From the IMG/VR virus record IMGVR_UViG_3300049139_000062, positions 1 to 30,268 of that record: a DNA stretch of 30,268 nt, one strand, 5' to 3'. The stretch comes from a virus (Duplodnaviria; Caudoviricetes). Positions 1-7,952 of this stretch are shown piece by piece; positions within the stretch are counted from its first letter, which is position 1, and every line of letters starts with the position of its first letter. The position numbers were made by a program, and so were the translations under genes. The notes under the pieces are model-generated. The model had not been told where the DNA came from. It did not search any database and was given only the letters and a program-made list of their open reading frames with translations.

Positions 1-177
1 CAGCAGCTCGTCTGCCAGTGCGGCGCGGCCCACAAGGTCTACGCCGCCGACGACTTCGCCATCATGATCACCGAGGCCAAGGCCGACGGCTGGCAAATCC
101 GGAAGGTGGCCGGCGAGTTTGAGCATGACTGCCCCGACTGCGCCGCGCCGTCGCCTAGAAAAGGAACGCTGCTGTGA
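1..177 (+). CDS. 5'-truncated hypothetical phage protein with CxC...CPDC cysteine motifs
   Basis: Frame 1 is open from base 1 (QQLVCQCGAAHK...EHDCPDCAAP...GTLL*). Its TGA overlaps the GTG of the next gene (GTGA coupling). Confidence 0.65.
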   Translation, partial: QQLVCQCGAAHKVYAADDFAIMITEAKADGWQIRKVAGEFEHDCPDCAAPSPRKGTLL

Positions 178-482
178 AGGGCGACACCGCATGGCAGGCC
201 GAGGAGCGCGCGCAGGCGCAGCGCCTGGGCGACATCATCCAGAAGGCGATCCAGGACGATGGGCTCGCGATAGCCGCCGAAGGCCGCGCCCCGATGCTCA
301 ACGCGGTCGCGGGCGCGCTGGTCAACGTCGAGGCGGCGATGCTGGCCGCGATCCCCGATCCACGGAATCGCAAGGCGCTCCGGCAGGCGATGGAGCGTGC
401 CAGGCCGCGCGCCCTTGCCGAAGCGATGACGCGCGACAACGGCAAAGTGCAGGTCATCACCATCGGAGGCGTCAAGCAATGA
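174..482 (+). CDS. hypothetical phage protein
   Basis: 102 aa ORF, coupled by GTGA upstream and ATGA downstream, with phage-like codon usage. Confidence 0.75.
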   Translation: MKGDTAWQAEERAQAQRLGDIIQKAIQDDGLAIAAEGRAPMLNAVAGALVNVEAAMLAAIPDPRNRKALRQAMERARPRALAEAMTRDNGKVQVITIGGVKQ

Positions 483-661
483 CCGAACCGGAAACCCGCG
501 CCTGCAAGGGCGGCGAGACACGCTGCAGCCAGACGCTCACCGGACACGTCGAGGAATGCCAGGCCTGCGGCACGGCAGTCGCCCGCGACCTGGTCGACCA
601 TCCTTTCTTCGGCTTTGAGGCAGGGTGCCCGCAGGTCGAGGGAGCAAGACGCAATGGCTGA
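479..661 (+). CDS. small Cys-rich hypothetical protein
   Basis: ATG at 479 overlaps the previous stop and has GGAGG upstream. Reads MTEPETRACKGG...CQACG...; it is the 3' part of the 119..661 ORF. Confidence 0.65.
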   Translation: MTEPETRACKGGETRCSQTLTGHVEECQACGTAVARDLVDHPFFGFEAGCPQVEGARRNG

Positions 662-839
662 CGCCCTGCGCTTCTACAGCCACCGGATTGACCCGGCGAC
701 GTTCTACTGCACCGGCTGCGGTCAATTCCTCGCGGTGCTTCAGCGCAAGACGGTATGGCGTGACAACGTTCCGGAGCCGGTGTGCGCGGACGTGACAGCG
801 ATCAGCCACCTGGTGCGGCAAAGGGAGGTGGCAGCGTGA
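654..839 (+). CDS. small hypothetical protein with CxxC
   Basis: MADALRFYSH...CTGCG..., GGAG upstream, GTGA-coupled to the next gene. Confidence 0.65.
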   Translation: MADALRFYSHRIDPATFYCTGCGQFLAVLQRKTVWRDNVPEPVCADVTAISHLVRQREVAA

Positions 840-1213
840 CCGCGCCGGTCCGCCTTCGCCTCTCCCGCCGGCGCGGCTTCGACCTGCAGGCGCATTCGCG
901 CGATATCAACGGCCTCGAGGCGGTCAATGCCGCGCGGCCGGGCGTTTGGGGAAATCCCTTCATCGTCGGCAAGGATGGCGACCGCGCCTATTGCGTCGAC
1001 CTCTACAAGGCGCTGCTCGCCGGCCTGATCCCGCTCGGCAAAAGCGCGCACCATGACGAGCTGTTCGCCACGCGCCTTCGCCTCAACGGCAATCTCGACC
1101 GGCTGCGCGGCAAGAACCTCGCCTGCTGGTGCGCGCTCGACGGCAAGCCCTGCCATGCCGACGTGCTGCTCGACATTGCCAACAGGCCGATCTGCGAGGA
1201 GATCAAGCCGTGA
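836..1213 (+). CDS. DUF4326 domain-containing protein
   Basis: Motifs RPGVWGNPF and LRGKNLACWC...PCHADVLL. GTG start after GGAGG. Confidence 0.9.
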   Translation: MTAPVRLRLSRRRGFDLQAHSRDINGLEAVNAARPGVWGNPFIVGKDGDRAYCVDLYKALLAGLIPLGKSAHHDELFATRLRLNGNLDRLRGKNLACWCALDGKPCHADVLLDIANRPICEEIKP

Positions 1214-1449
1214 AGCTGCCGTTGCCGACAAAGCGCATGCTGTCGGACACCGAGGCGGCAAACTACTGCGGAGTCGCCGTCGGCACGTTGAAGAGCCATG
1301 TCCCGGTCGCTCCAGTTAAGATCGGCGCCCGCGTGCTCTACGACGTGAAGAGGCTTGACAAGTGGCTGGACAACCAGAGCAAATCCGAACCGATGACGGG
1401 CGACGACTGGCTGGGGCTTCTCGATGAGGGTGACGGTGAAGGGAATTAA
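1210..1449 (+). CDS. excisionase-like / HTH DNA-binding protein
   Basis: RMLSDTEAANYCGV...PVKIGARVLYDVKRLDKWLD is a typical Xis/MerR-like HTH, and it overlaps the integrase start. Confidence 0.8.
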   Translation: MKLPLPTKRMLSDTEAANYCGVAVGTLKSHVPVAPVKIGARVLYDVKRLDKWLDNQSKSEPMTGDDWLGLLDEGDGEGN

Positions 1450-2506
1450 GCGCTACACGGACCGCCACGGGAACCAGCGCGCCTATCACCGTAAATCCGG
1501 TACCGCGATCGACGTGGCATTGACCGGAACCGCGCTAGCCGCCGAGATCGACCGGCTCGACAAGCTGCATGCGCCGAAACAGGCTTTGGCCGGAACGCTG
1601 GGCGGCTTGCTCGAAAGCTACAAGAAATCCCCAAAGTTCACCGATCTCGCACCGCGCACCCGCGCGGACTATCAGCAATATATGAACCATCTGAAGCCTA
1701 TCGCAGGCACGCCGCTCGTGCTGATGACCGGCGGCTTCATGGCCAAGTTGCGCGACAAAACGGTGAAGAAGAAGCGCGGTGCCTTCACCAACCATATGAT
1801 GGCGATGCTGTCGTCTGCATTCAGGCATGGCAAGGAATACGAGCTCGTCGATTCCAATCCATGCCTCGAACTGGAGAAGGCCAAGATCTCCGCCGATCGG
1901 CGAAAGGAAAACCGGCCATGGACGGCAGCGGAGCGGGTCAACGTGCTCGCCGCCGCTCCGCTGCATCTGAAAGTCCCGCTGGCCTTGGCGCGCTTCCTCG
2001 GCATACGCCGCGGCGATATCCTCAAGCTGCCGCGGATGGCATATCGACACGGCTACATCAGCTTTCGCACCGGCAAGACCGGCAAGATCATGAAACTGCC
2101 GGTGCTGGGCGAGTTGAAGGCGATCCTCGACGAATACCTCGAGGCTGTTCCGGTCGCCGAAGTCGACGTCACGTTGCTCTGCCTGAATTCGGCAAAGAAA
2201 CCCTGGACCGAGATGGGCTTTACCGCATCGATCAGGAAGTATTTCGCGAAGTGCGTGGCCCGCGGGCTAGCCGACGAAGGGCTGACCATGCATGGCTTGC
2301 GCCATTCCGTGGCGGCCGAGCTGCGCGGCCTTGGCTATTCGCTTGATCAGATCAAGGACTATCTCGGCCAGGAGACGGCGCAGATGGCGGCGCATTATTC
2401 TTCAAGCGCAGACGTCTCTGGGGTATTGATCGACATGGCAAATGTGATACAAGCCGGCTCGAAACGGGAACGAGTTTTGTCTAACCGAGGCAAAAAAAGT
2501 GTCTAA
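1424..2506 (+). CDS. int: tyrosine recombinase / phage integrase
   Basis: Catalytic R (GIRRGD), K (KTGK), HGLRH and Y (MAAHY). The last His is apparently replaced (LGQ). N-terminal arm-binding-like region present. Confidence 0.95.
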   Translation: MRVTVKGIKRYTDRHGNQRAYHRKSGTAIDVALTGTALAAEIDRLDKLHAPKQALAGTLGGLLESYKKSPKFTDLAPRTRADYQQYMNHLKPIAGTPLVLMTGGFMAKLRDKTVKKKRGAFTNHMMAMLSSAFRHGKEYELVDSNPCLELEKAKISADRRKENRPWTAAERVNVLAAAPLHLKVPLALARFLGIRRGDILKLPRMAYRHGYISFRTGKTGKIMKLPVLGELKAILDEYLEAVPVAEVDVTLLCLNSAKKPWTEMGFTASIRKYFAKCVARGLADEGLTMHGLRHSVAAELRGLGYSLDQIKDYLGQETAQMAAHYSSSADVSGVLIDMANVIQAGSKRERVLSNRGKKSV

Positions 2507-2683
2507 CCCTCCTCGTCCGTTTCCGCCAAGTGTTTGTTTCCAAACACCTTTTGGGGAATAGGTTAACGGTAGACCCACGGACTCTGACTCCCAAAGCATC
2601 TTAGCAAAATCAGATACTTACCGTCCGCTCCCCTGTCTAACCGCCTTCCAAATATCAATGACTTAGCTGCGAAAGTGTCTACC
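2478..2683. mobile_element. attP of the integrase (tRNA-Gln core, arm repeats, IHF sites)
   Basis: TGTCTAACC at 2478, 2500 and 2634 and TGTCTACC at 2676 flank the tRNA-Gln fragment on both sides. IHF-like sites at 2608-2620 (AATCAGATACTTA) and 2653-2665 (TATCAATGACTTA). Confidence 0.8.
2552..2591 (+). pseudogene. 5' half of tRNA-Gln(CTG), attP core
   Basis: TGGGGAATAGGTTAACGGTAGACCCACGGACTCTGACTCC contains the acceptor 5' strand, D arm and anticodon loop CT-CTG-AC, then diverges. No T arm. Confidence 0.8.
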
Positions 2684-2765
2684 CTTTTCGCTGTTAAATG
2701 GGGCTTCGCTTGCGCCGGGTATTGGGGGGGGGCGCCACCCAAGGTAGAGGTAACGCCCCCGGAAC

Positions 2766-2999
2766 TTACTTCTGAACAGCCAAAACCAACAGCCGCCACC
2801 CGATGGGAGACTGAATGGCGTGTTGGTGTTTGTTTTGAGGCGGGAACGGATCCCCCTTATTGCAACAGTTCTCGTCACCGCAGTTCACGCATCGGTAGAT
2901 ACCGGAATGCGGAACCCTGGAGCCGGGACTGTGGATCGTCTCAAACGCTACGTGGGGTTTGGCTTTTTCGAGTCTAACTTCGTCTAAATAAAGCGCCAT
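2766..2999 (-). CDS. YjzC-like small zinc-ribbon protein
   Basis: PGSRVPHSGIYRCVNCG...GDPFPP...WRL pattern; AGGAG RBS. Confidence 0.8.
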   Translation of the reverse strand: MALYLDEVRLEKAKPHVAFETIHSPGSRVPHSGIYRCVNCGDENCCNKGDPFPPQNKHQHAIQSPIGWRLLVLAVQK

Positions 3000-3028
3000 T
3001 TTTGGCTCCTATAATAGCCAAAGGACGC

Positions 3029-3056
3029 TTGACGAAATCGGTCAGCAGATTAGTCT
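3029..3056 (+). promoter_or_regulatory. sigma70-like promoter for a putative small RNA
   Basis: TTGACG-16 nt-TAGTCT, with no credible ORF before the 3104-3136 hairpin. Confidence 0.45.
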
Positions 3057-3103
3057 GGTGATCATTCTTCATGTGCCGAGCCGTCCTTTGGCTTGGTTGC
3101 ATC

Positions 3104-3136
3104 AAAGGGGCGGTGACTGCGAATCACCGCCCCTTT
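3104..3136. terminator. 13-bp perfect hairpin, probable intrinsic (possibly bidirectional) terminator
   Basis: AAAGGGGCGGTGA-ctgcgaa-TCACCGCCCCTTT. Confidence 0.7.
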
Positions 3137-3154
3137 ACTATTAGAGGGCATGAC

Positions 3155-3401
3155 GTACGGGAAACACAGGCCCGTTCCCGTTCCGTACCCGAAATTCACA
3201 GTCGGCGCGATTTGCTCGGCGGGAGAGAGCACACCCTTCACACGGGTGGGGTCGCAGGTTCAATCCCTGCATCGCCCACCATTTTCCTCAATAAAATCAA
3301 TGGTTGGAAGATGGTCGCCGCGGGGCCTGAGGCGCGATCTTGCGGTTTCGTGCAGGAACATGCGGCGAACAGAAGGCATCTTCCCGTACAAATCCCGTAC
3401 A
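3155..3401. repeat. arm-type repeats around the tRNA-Val (orphan att-like site)
   Basis: TCCCGTACA direct repeats at 3382 and 3393, inverted copy GTACGGGAA at 3155, TTCCGTAC at 3181, IHF-like AATCAATGGTTGG at 3295. Confidence 0.6.
3205..3281 (+). tRNA. tRNA-Val(CAC), degenerate at the 5' end (pseudo-tRNA / att core)
   Basis: Anticodon arm CACCC-TT-CAC-AC-GGGTG, T arm GCAGG-TTCAATC-CCTGC and ACCA end are intact. The acceptor has a C:C mismatch (GCGCGAT vs ATCGCCC) and the D loop is altered. Confidence 0.8.
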
Positions 3402-3417
3402 CGGTTTCGGCCTTTGT

Positions 3418-4503
3418 TCACGCTGGCGCTTCATCTAGCTCGCGCTCGTGATTGTAGGTTCGCCCGCCATAGCGAACGAACTCGCTCCCCCAGTGAGCGG
3501 GAGAACGGAATGCGAAATGAAGCTCGCGCCGGATACCAAGCGGGTCGGAATAGACAAACTTTCCGACAACGGGCGGAGGTCTCGTAAGGAATTCGATCCG
3601 GCTCTCGTTCGTGAGTTCCACAACCCCCGCTGGAAATTCGCCCGGGCTTCCGAGGCGGCGAACCCCAGCATGTTGGTCCATCATCACAGCTTCCCCTCTA
3701 TTCAGGACGTGGAAAACAGGCTCATGGGGAGTCCGGAACCAAGGCGGACTTTCCCGAACAAATGGCCACTTGTCACCGCCCATGACCCACATTTCGAAGC
3801 CTTCCAACGTGGCTGGCATCTCGCCAATGTTTCGGACACGAATACCGCACATAAGGGGGACTGGTTGTGGCACCGTCACATTCTGGAAATTGAGGGGATC
3901 CAAGTCGTGCGAGTCAGCGAAAGGGCCAACCGCGGCAATCTCAAGCCATGGTCGGAAACCAGTTTTGTATTGCTCAGCAGCAATGCGGTTAGCTTCTTGG
4001 CCGGCTTGGGCGGCAACCAGGGACGCGTTAGCGCCTTCGATGGCGGCGGCCGTGGTTTTCTCCGCCTCGACAACCATGTCTTTGGCATAATCGGCCGCAC
4101 GGCGGGTGTGGTGAAGGGTCAGCGAGATGAGAACCACACCGACGGCGGTGAGAAAAACTGAAGCTCCAGCAGCGAATGTGGCCCAGAAAGCCCATCGCGC
4201 CATTTCTTGTTGGGCGCGAAGATCGGCATCGTTGCGGCGTCGTTCGGCCTCACGCTCTATCTGGTCTTCTTCGGCTATAAGATCGCGAATAGCGGATTCA
4301 ATGCCCTTGATGGCGGGCAAAAGGTCAGAGGCGTTTTGATGTTCTGCGGCGGTATCCTGCTCGCCTGCGGGTGCGCCCTCTTCCTCCCGTAGGGAGGGTA
4401 TTTGTTCGCCTTCGAGGGCAGGTTGAGTCGTCTCTTGGGCTAGCGCCCCGAATGAAAGTGCTAGTCCAAATGCAACTGCCGCGAACCAATTACGGTTAGA
4501 CAT
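3418..4503 (-). CDS. hypothetical membrane protein (signal peptide, coiled coil, TM helix, C-terminal beta domain)
   Basis: 361 aa. N-terminal signal-like sequence (..GALA-Q), TM segment WAFWATFAAGASVFLTAVGVVLISL. Confidence 0.75.
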   Translation of the reverse strand: MSNRNWFAAVAFGLALSFGALAQETTQPALEGEQIPSLREEEGAPAGEQDTAAEHQNASDLLPAIKGIESAIRDLIAEEDQIEREAERRRNDADLRAQQEMARWAFWATFAAGASVFLTAVGVVLISLTLHHTRRAADYAKDMVVEAEKTTAAAIEGANASLVAAQAGQEANRIAAEQYKTGFRPWLEIAAVGPFADSHDLDPLNFQNVTVPQPVPLMCGIRVRNIGEMPATLEGFEMWVMGGDKWPFVRESPPWFRTPHEPVFHVLNRGEAVMMDQHAGVRRLGSPGEFPAGVVELTNESRIEFLTRPPPVVGKFVYSDPLGIRRELHFAFRSPAHWGSEFVRYGGRTYNHERELDEAPA

Positions 4504-4642
4504 TCAAGCAAGAACGCCGCATCCGAACCCCCTTCGGCTGATCTTGATATTCAGATTACGTTCTGTCTCGTGGATGTCCATAGCCGCCAGCTCGAAGCCG
4601 GATCAAACTGCGGTTTTTGGAAGCAATTTTGGCTTGAGGGGT

Positions 4643-4660
4643 TGGAGGCTTCGCCCGGAA
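4643..4660 (-). other. 18-nt 3' end of tRNA-Cys (att core-like)
   Basis: The minus strand reads TTCCGGGCGAAGCCTCCA, matching my recollection of the rhizobial tRNA-Cys 3' end (U discriminator + CCA). Confidence 0.55.
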
Positions 4661-4695
4661 GCCGTGATCTGTGTCCGTTCAACCACTTGCGCGAC

Positions 4696-4754
4696 GGTGT
4701 GGCAAAATTCGCGTTCACCGTCAATCAATGACTTAGCAGACGTGCTGCCACACC
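4696..4754. repeat. 9-bp inverted repeat bracketing a consensus IHF site
   Basis: GGTGTGGCA (4696) ... AATCAATGACTTA (4723) ... TGCCACACC (4746). Confidence 0.65.
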
Positions 4755-4808
4755 CAAATTGAAACCGGCATCAGCTCCGCGCATTATCTGACGACGGAGG
4801 AAATCGCT

Positions 4809-5186
4809 ATGGATCCGCTGCATTTCATATTCACTGATTTTCCCGGTCCCGAAAACCAGTGCCGGCTTGTCGATTTGGAAACCCCGGACGGCAAATCCGT
4901 TTCGGCCGGCGAATGGCGGACGCGAGCGGACGGCTACGTCGAGTTGGTGATTCCGTCCGCTCTACCGGCGCGCAACGACAACGATCCTAAGGTCGCCATT
5001 GCCCGCGAAATATACAAGGCTCTGGAGAAGCTCGGCGCCAGTCCGGAGCTGCTCGGCACAGTCGGCTCCTACGGAGACACGCTGACCGATGAGGCTGTCC
5101 TGGCGCACCTCAAGCGATTCAATGAGAAGGGCACGATCTTCGACGAGGTGATCTGCCGGGCAGATTGGCGTGTCGTAGACGGATGA
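4809..5186 (+). CDS. hypothetical protein (moron), possibly two small fused domains
   Basis: 125 aa, GGAGG RBS, convergent with 5190..5459. Confidence 0.75.
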   Translation: MDPLHFIFTDFPGPENQCRLVDLETPDGKSVSAGEWRTRADGYVELVIPSALPARNDNDPKVAIAREIYKALEKLGASPELLGTVGSYGDTLTDEAVLAHLKRFNEKGTIFDEVICRADWRVVDG

Positions 5187-5189
5187 CCG

Positions 5190-5459
5190 CTATTCCCCTT
5201 TCGACTTGATGTAGGGATTGACCCAGCCCGTCGAGCTCGAAGGCGGCGTCTTGATGAGGCCGATCTTCTTGCCGCCGCATTTCGAGCATTTCAGCTTTGG
5301 CGCCAGGTCGTCGTGCAGGGTCGAATGATCCGGACCGAGCCTCTCGCGCAGCTTCACCAGGTCGAGCGCCTGATTGTGCTGGCAGTGCCAATTATGGCAA
5401 TGGGCGTGCAGCTTGTAGCCACCGTCGATGAGTTCCTGAACCGTGTTGAAGCGGATCAC
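5190..5459 (-). CDS. small zinc-binding hypothetical protein
   Basis: CHNWHCQH...LKCSKCG; GTGA-coupled to the ligase gene. Confidence 0.75.
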   Translation of the reverse strand: MIRFNTVQELIDGGYKLHAHCHNWHCQHNQALDLVKLRERLGPDHSTLHDDLAPKLKCSKCGGKKIGLIKTPPSSSTGWVNPYIKSKGE

Positions 5460-6352
5460 TCGTCCCGCACCTCAGTCAGCGTGGCATGGCGCAACCCGCC
5501 CTCGCCTTTCAGGAAGCGGACATGCCCGACCAGGCCGGGCTTTATCCATTGGGCGTTCGGCTTCTTGATCGGTATGCCTTTCGGCGCCCGGCCCGGCATG
5601 CCGGCGACGCGCTCCCAAAGCCGTTCCTTCATGGCGCGGTTGAGACCGATCACCGCGGCCCCGACATACTTGCGGGAACCGTCGGCCGCGGCAAGCAGCG
5701 CTAGAGGCGCTTCGCCCTGCTCGCGTACAACACCGAGCACCTCGAGGTCCGCCTCGACGAAGCACTTTGCCTTGCGCCAGGATTTCGACGGGCCGCTGCG
5801 ATAGCGGCTGTCGGCGCGTTTCGAGACCATCCCCTCGAGTCCCATGGCGTCGACGGCGCGGAAGATCGCCGTGGCGTCACCCTCGAAGCTCTCGCTGAAC
5901 TGGATCCTGCCCGGCTTGTCCCTCACGAGCTCGGCAAGCTTGGCGCGACGCTCGACCAGCGGCTTCGACCGCAGATCTCGGCTGTCCAGGTGCAGCAGAT
6001 CGAAGGCGACGAAGCACAGACGGCTCGGCTCGGCCCTGATCGCCCGGCCGATCGCGTTGAAATCCGCCGCGCCCTTCTCATTGCAGACGATTACCTCTCC
6101 ATCGATGATGGCCGACTTGCAGGGCAGCGCCTGGCCGGCGAGCGCGATCGGCCAGAACTTGGTTGACCAGTCATGGCCATTGCGGGTGTAGACGCGCGCC
6201 TCACCGTTCTGGACGATGATCTGGGCGCGGTAGCCATCGAACTTCACCTCATGAATCCAGCCATCGCCCTCGGGCGGCTGATCCACCAGGGTCGGGATTT
6301 GCGGGGGAATGAATTCGAGCCGGGACGCGGCAACGCTACGCTTACTCATCAC
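5456..6352 (-). CDS. ATP-dependent DNA ligase (LigD/LigC-type ligase domain only)
   Basis: Motif I EVKFDGYR, IIDGEV, FVAFDLL, EGMVSKR...YRSG, WRKAK, and a short OB domain. Confidence 0.93.
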   Translation of the reverse strand: MMSKRSVAASRLEFIPPQIPTLVDQPPEGDGWIHEVKFDGYRAQIIVQNGEARVYTRNGHDWSTKFWPIALAGQALPCKSAIIDGEVIVCNEKGAADFNAIGRAIRAEPSRLCFVAFDLLHLDSRDLRSKPLVERRAKLAELVRDKPGRIQFSESFEGDATAIFRAVDAMGLEGMVSKRADSRYRSGPSKSWRKAKCFVEADLEVLGVVREQGEAPLALLAAADGSRKYVGAAVIGLNRAMKERLWERVAGMPGRAPKGIPIKKPNAQWIKPGLVGHVRFLKGEGGLRHATLTEVRDE

Positions 6353-6400
6353 CGGGCAAATCTAAGCATCCGATTCGTATTTTAGGAGTCCCTGAAACGC

Positions 6401-6435
6401 AAAAAGCGCCGCGCCCCGGTGAAGGAGCGCGGCGC
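6401..6435 (-). terminator. intrinsic terminator ending the lysis/late transcript
   Basis: GCGCCGCGC/GCGCGGCGC stem followed by TTTTT on the - strand. Confidence 0.75.
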
Positions 6436-6466
6436 GGTGTGGTGATATGCGGGAACGGTCAGGACG

Positions 6467-7222
6467 CTACGGCGGCATTGATGTCGATCCGAACCGCTGC
6501 CATTGCCTTGAGCGGATCTCGGCGAGTTGATCGCGAAGCCTGGCGACCTCCTGCTTCAGGTCGGTGATGAAGTCCCGGCCGTTGCCGAGCGAGCTCGAGA
6601 ACGTCTGGAAATCTGAACGCTGAAGGTCGATCTGGCGCTGAAGGTTGGCGACATCCCGAACCGCATCAGCCCGAAGGTTCTCGATATCATGGTCGCGGCT
6701 TAGGTTCCTCTCGGCCCATTCCGCCCGCGGCAGCATCACCGCCCGCAGATCATCAACGGCTTTGTCTGTCCGCGCTCGGTCTTCACTGCCTCTGGCGGCG
6801 CGCCAGTCCATTTCCTGACGAGATACCATCTTCTCAATGATAGCCTGGAAGGATGAGTTGGTCGTGTTGGACAGGTCGACAAGGGATTGATCGAACCGAG
6901 TCTGATTGTCCTTCAAGGGCTGAAGATTCTGAGTCATGAAATAGGCCAGCACCGCGAACGAAACACCGATCGCCGACCAGATGACAGGCCACTGCGTCTT
7001 GTTTCGCTCGGCCATGGTCGCGGCCATAGTCGTGAACCGCTCATCCATCTTGGACGTGATGCTGCTAATCGCGGTATGGACATTGCCGATCTGCTGGTTC
7101 ATGTCCCGCCTCAGGTCGGCAAACAAACCTTCCAAGTTCGCAATCCGCTGAGACTGCACACCTACGCGGGCGCCCAAATCGTCGTGGTGGCCGTTTTGAT
7201 CTACCATGTCATTTTCCGCCAT
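6467..7222 (-). CDS. coiled-coil membrane protein of the lysis region
   Basis: One TM segment (WPVIWSAIGVSFAVLAYFM) flanked by heptad-rich helices. Confidence 0.7.
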   Translation of the reverse strand: MAENDMVDQNGHHDDLGARVGVQSQRIANLEGLFADLRRDMNQQIGNVHTAISSITSKMDERFTTMAATMAERNKTQWPVIWSAIGVSFAVLAYFMTQNLQPLKDNQTRFDQSLVDLSNTTNSSFQAIIEKMVSRQEMDWRAARGSEDRARTDKAVDDLRAVMLPRAEWAERNLSRDHDIENLRADAVRDVANLQRQIDLQRSDFQTFSSSLGNGRDFITDLKQEVARLRDQLAEIRSRQWQRFGSTSMPP

Positions 7223-7361
7223 ACACCCAAGCCCCGTTGCCCCGTTAAAAAAATCGGAACGATTGGCCGGCTATTGCCTGTTCTAGCCATCGATCGAATC
7301 CGCAGTTCGGTTGTGGTTAGGGTCGGCGTGTTGTTGAGAGCAGCGCGCCGGCCCGCATGAT

Positions 7362-7565
7362 TCAGGCTGGGAACGGAACCCCGCCAGCGCCGATGAACAT
7401 CCTGGCAAGCCAGAGCAGAACCACCAGGCCGAAGATCAGCCAGATGATCTGAACCACCTTCCCGGGCAGTGTCACGCCGATCACCGACAGCGCGTAGAGC
7501 ACGACGTAGATCACGAGCGCGACGATCGCGATGTAGATCAGAAGGGTGATGATGGATTCGATCAT
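7362..7565 (-). CDS. small 2-TM membrane protein (holin-like candidate)
   Basis: MIESIITLLIYIAIVALVIYVVLYAL..., AAGGA RBS before the ATG at 7565. Confidence 0.7.
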   Translation of the reverse strand: MIESIITLLIYIAIVALVIYVVLYALSVIGVTLPGKVVQIIWLIFGLVVLLWLARMFIGAGGVPFPA

Positions 7566-7715
7566 TGTCTTTTCCTTCTCTTGAGCCGGACCAATGCGGA
7601 CAGCCGCCTTGGCCAATAGGTGACCATGCCCCACAGGCCAGCAAGGATGATCCAGAACAGCAGCCATTTCAGGAATTCGGGATCGTTGCCCCCGCCGCCG
7701 ACGCGCATCATGGCT

Positions 7716-7952
7716 TTAAGCCGGAGGCTTGTTTGCCGGGAAGGCGTAGACGAGCACCATGTTGAACAGCGTCATCAGCGCCGCGGTGATCTGTGCCTGG
7801 GTGAAGCCGAGGATGGTGCAAGCATCGGTGCCTTCCGGGCCGATCGAGCATTCGGCGATTCCGGGGAACTGCACTGCGAACCACGCCAAGGCGATGGCGA
7901 CGACGTTGCCGATCATTGCTCCGATCAGCTTGGAGTAGCGGCCGAGATCCAT
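7716..7952 (-). CDS. putative holin (2 TM)
   Basis: YSKLIGAMIG...VYAFPANK; two hydrophobic helices, lies downstream of the endolysin. Confidence 0.65.
   Translation of the reverse strand: MDLGRYSKLIGAMIGNVVAIALAWFAVQFPGIAECSIGPEGTDACTILGFTQAQITAALMTLFNMVLVYAFPANKPPA

Noticed and set aside
2507-2700. Prophage boundary (attL/attR) with host DNA beyond
   Set aside because: Arm repeats lie on both sides of the core and phage genes continue; no host genes follow.
2478-3401. CRISPR array or iterons from the short repeats
   Set aside because: Repeats are 9-10 bp, few and irregularly spaced; better explained as integrase arm sites.
3071-3587. + strand ORFs 3071..3451 and 3150..3587
   Set aside because: They run through a terminator, the tRNA-Val and att repeats, and have no protein-like features.
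4672-4695. Possible fourth tRNA fragment (AAGTGGTTGAAC, D-loop-like, - strand)
   Set aside because: Too short, and no supporting stems.
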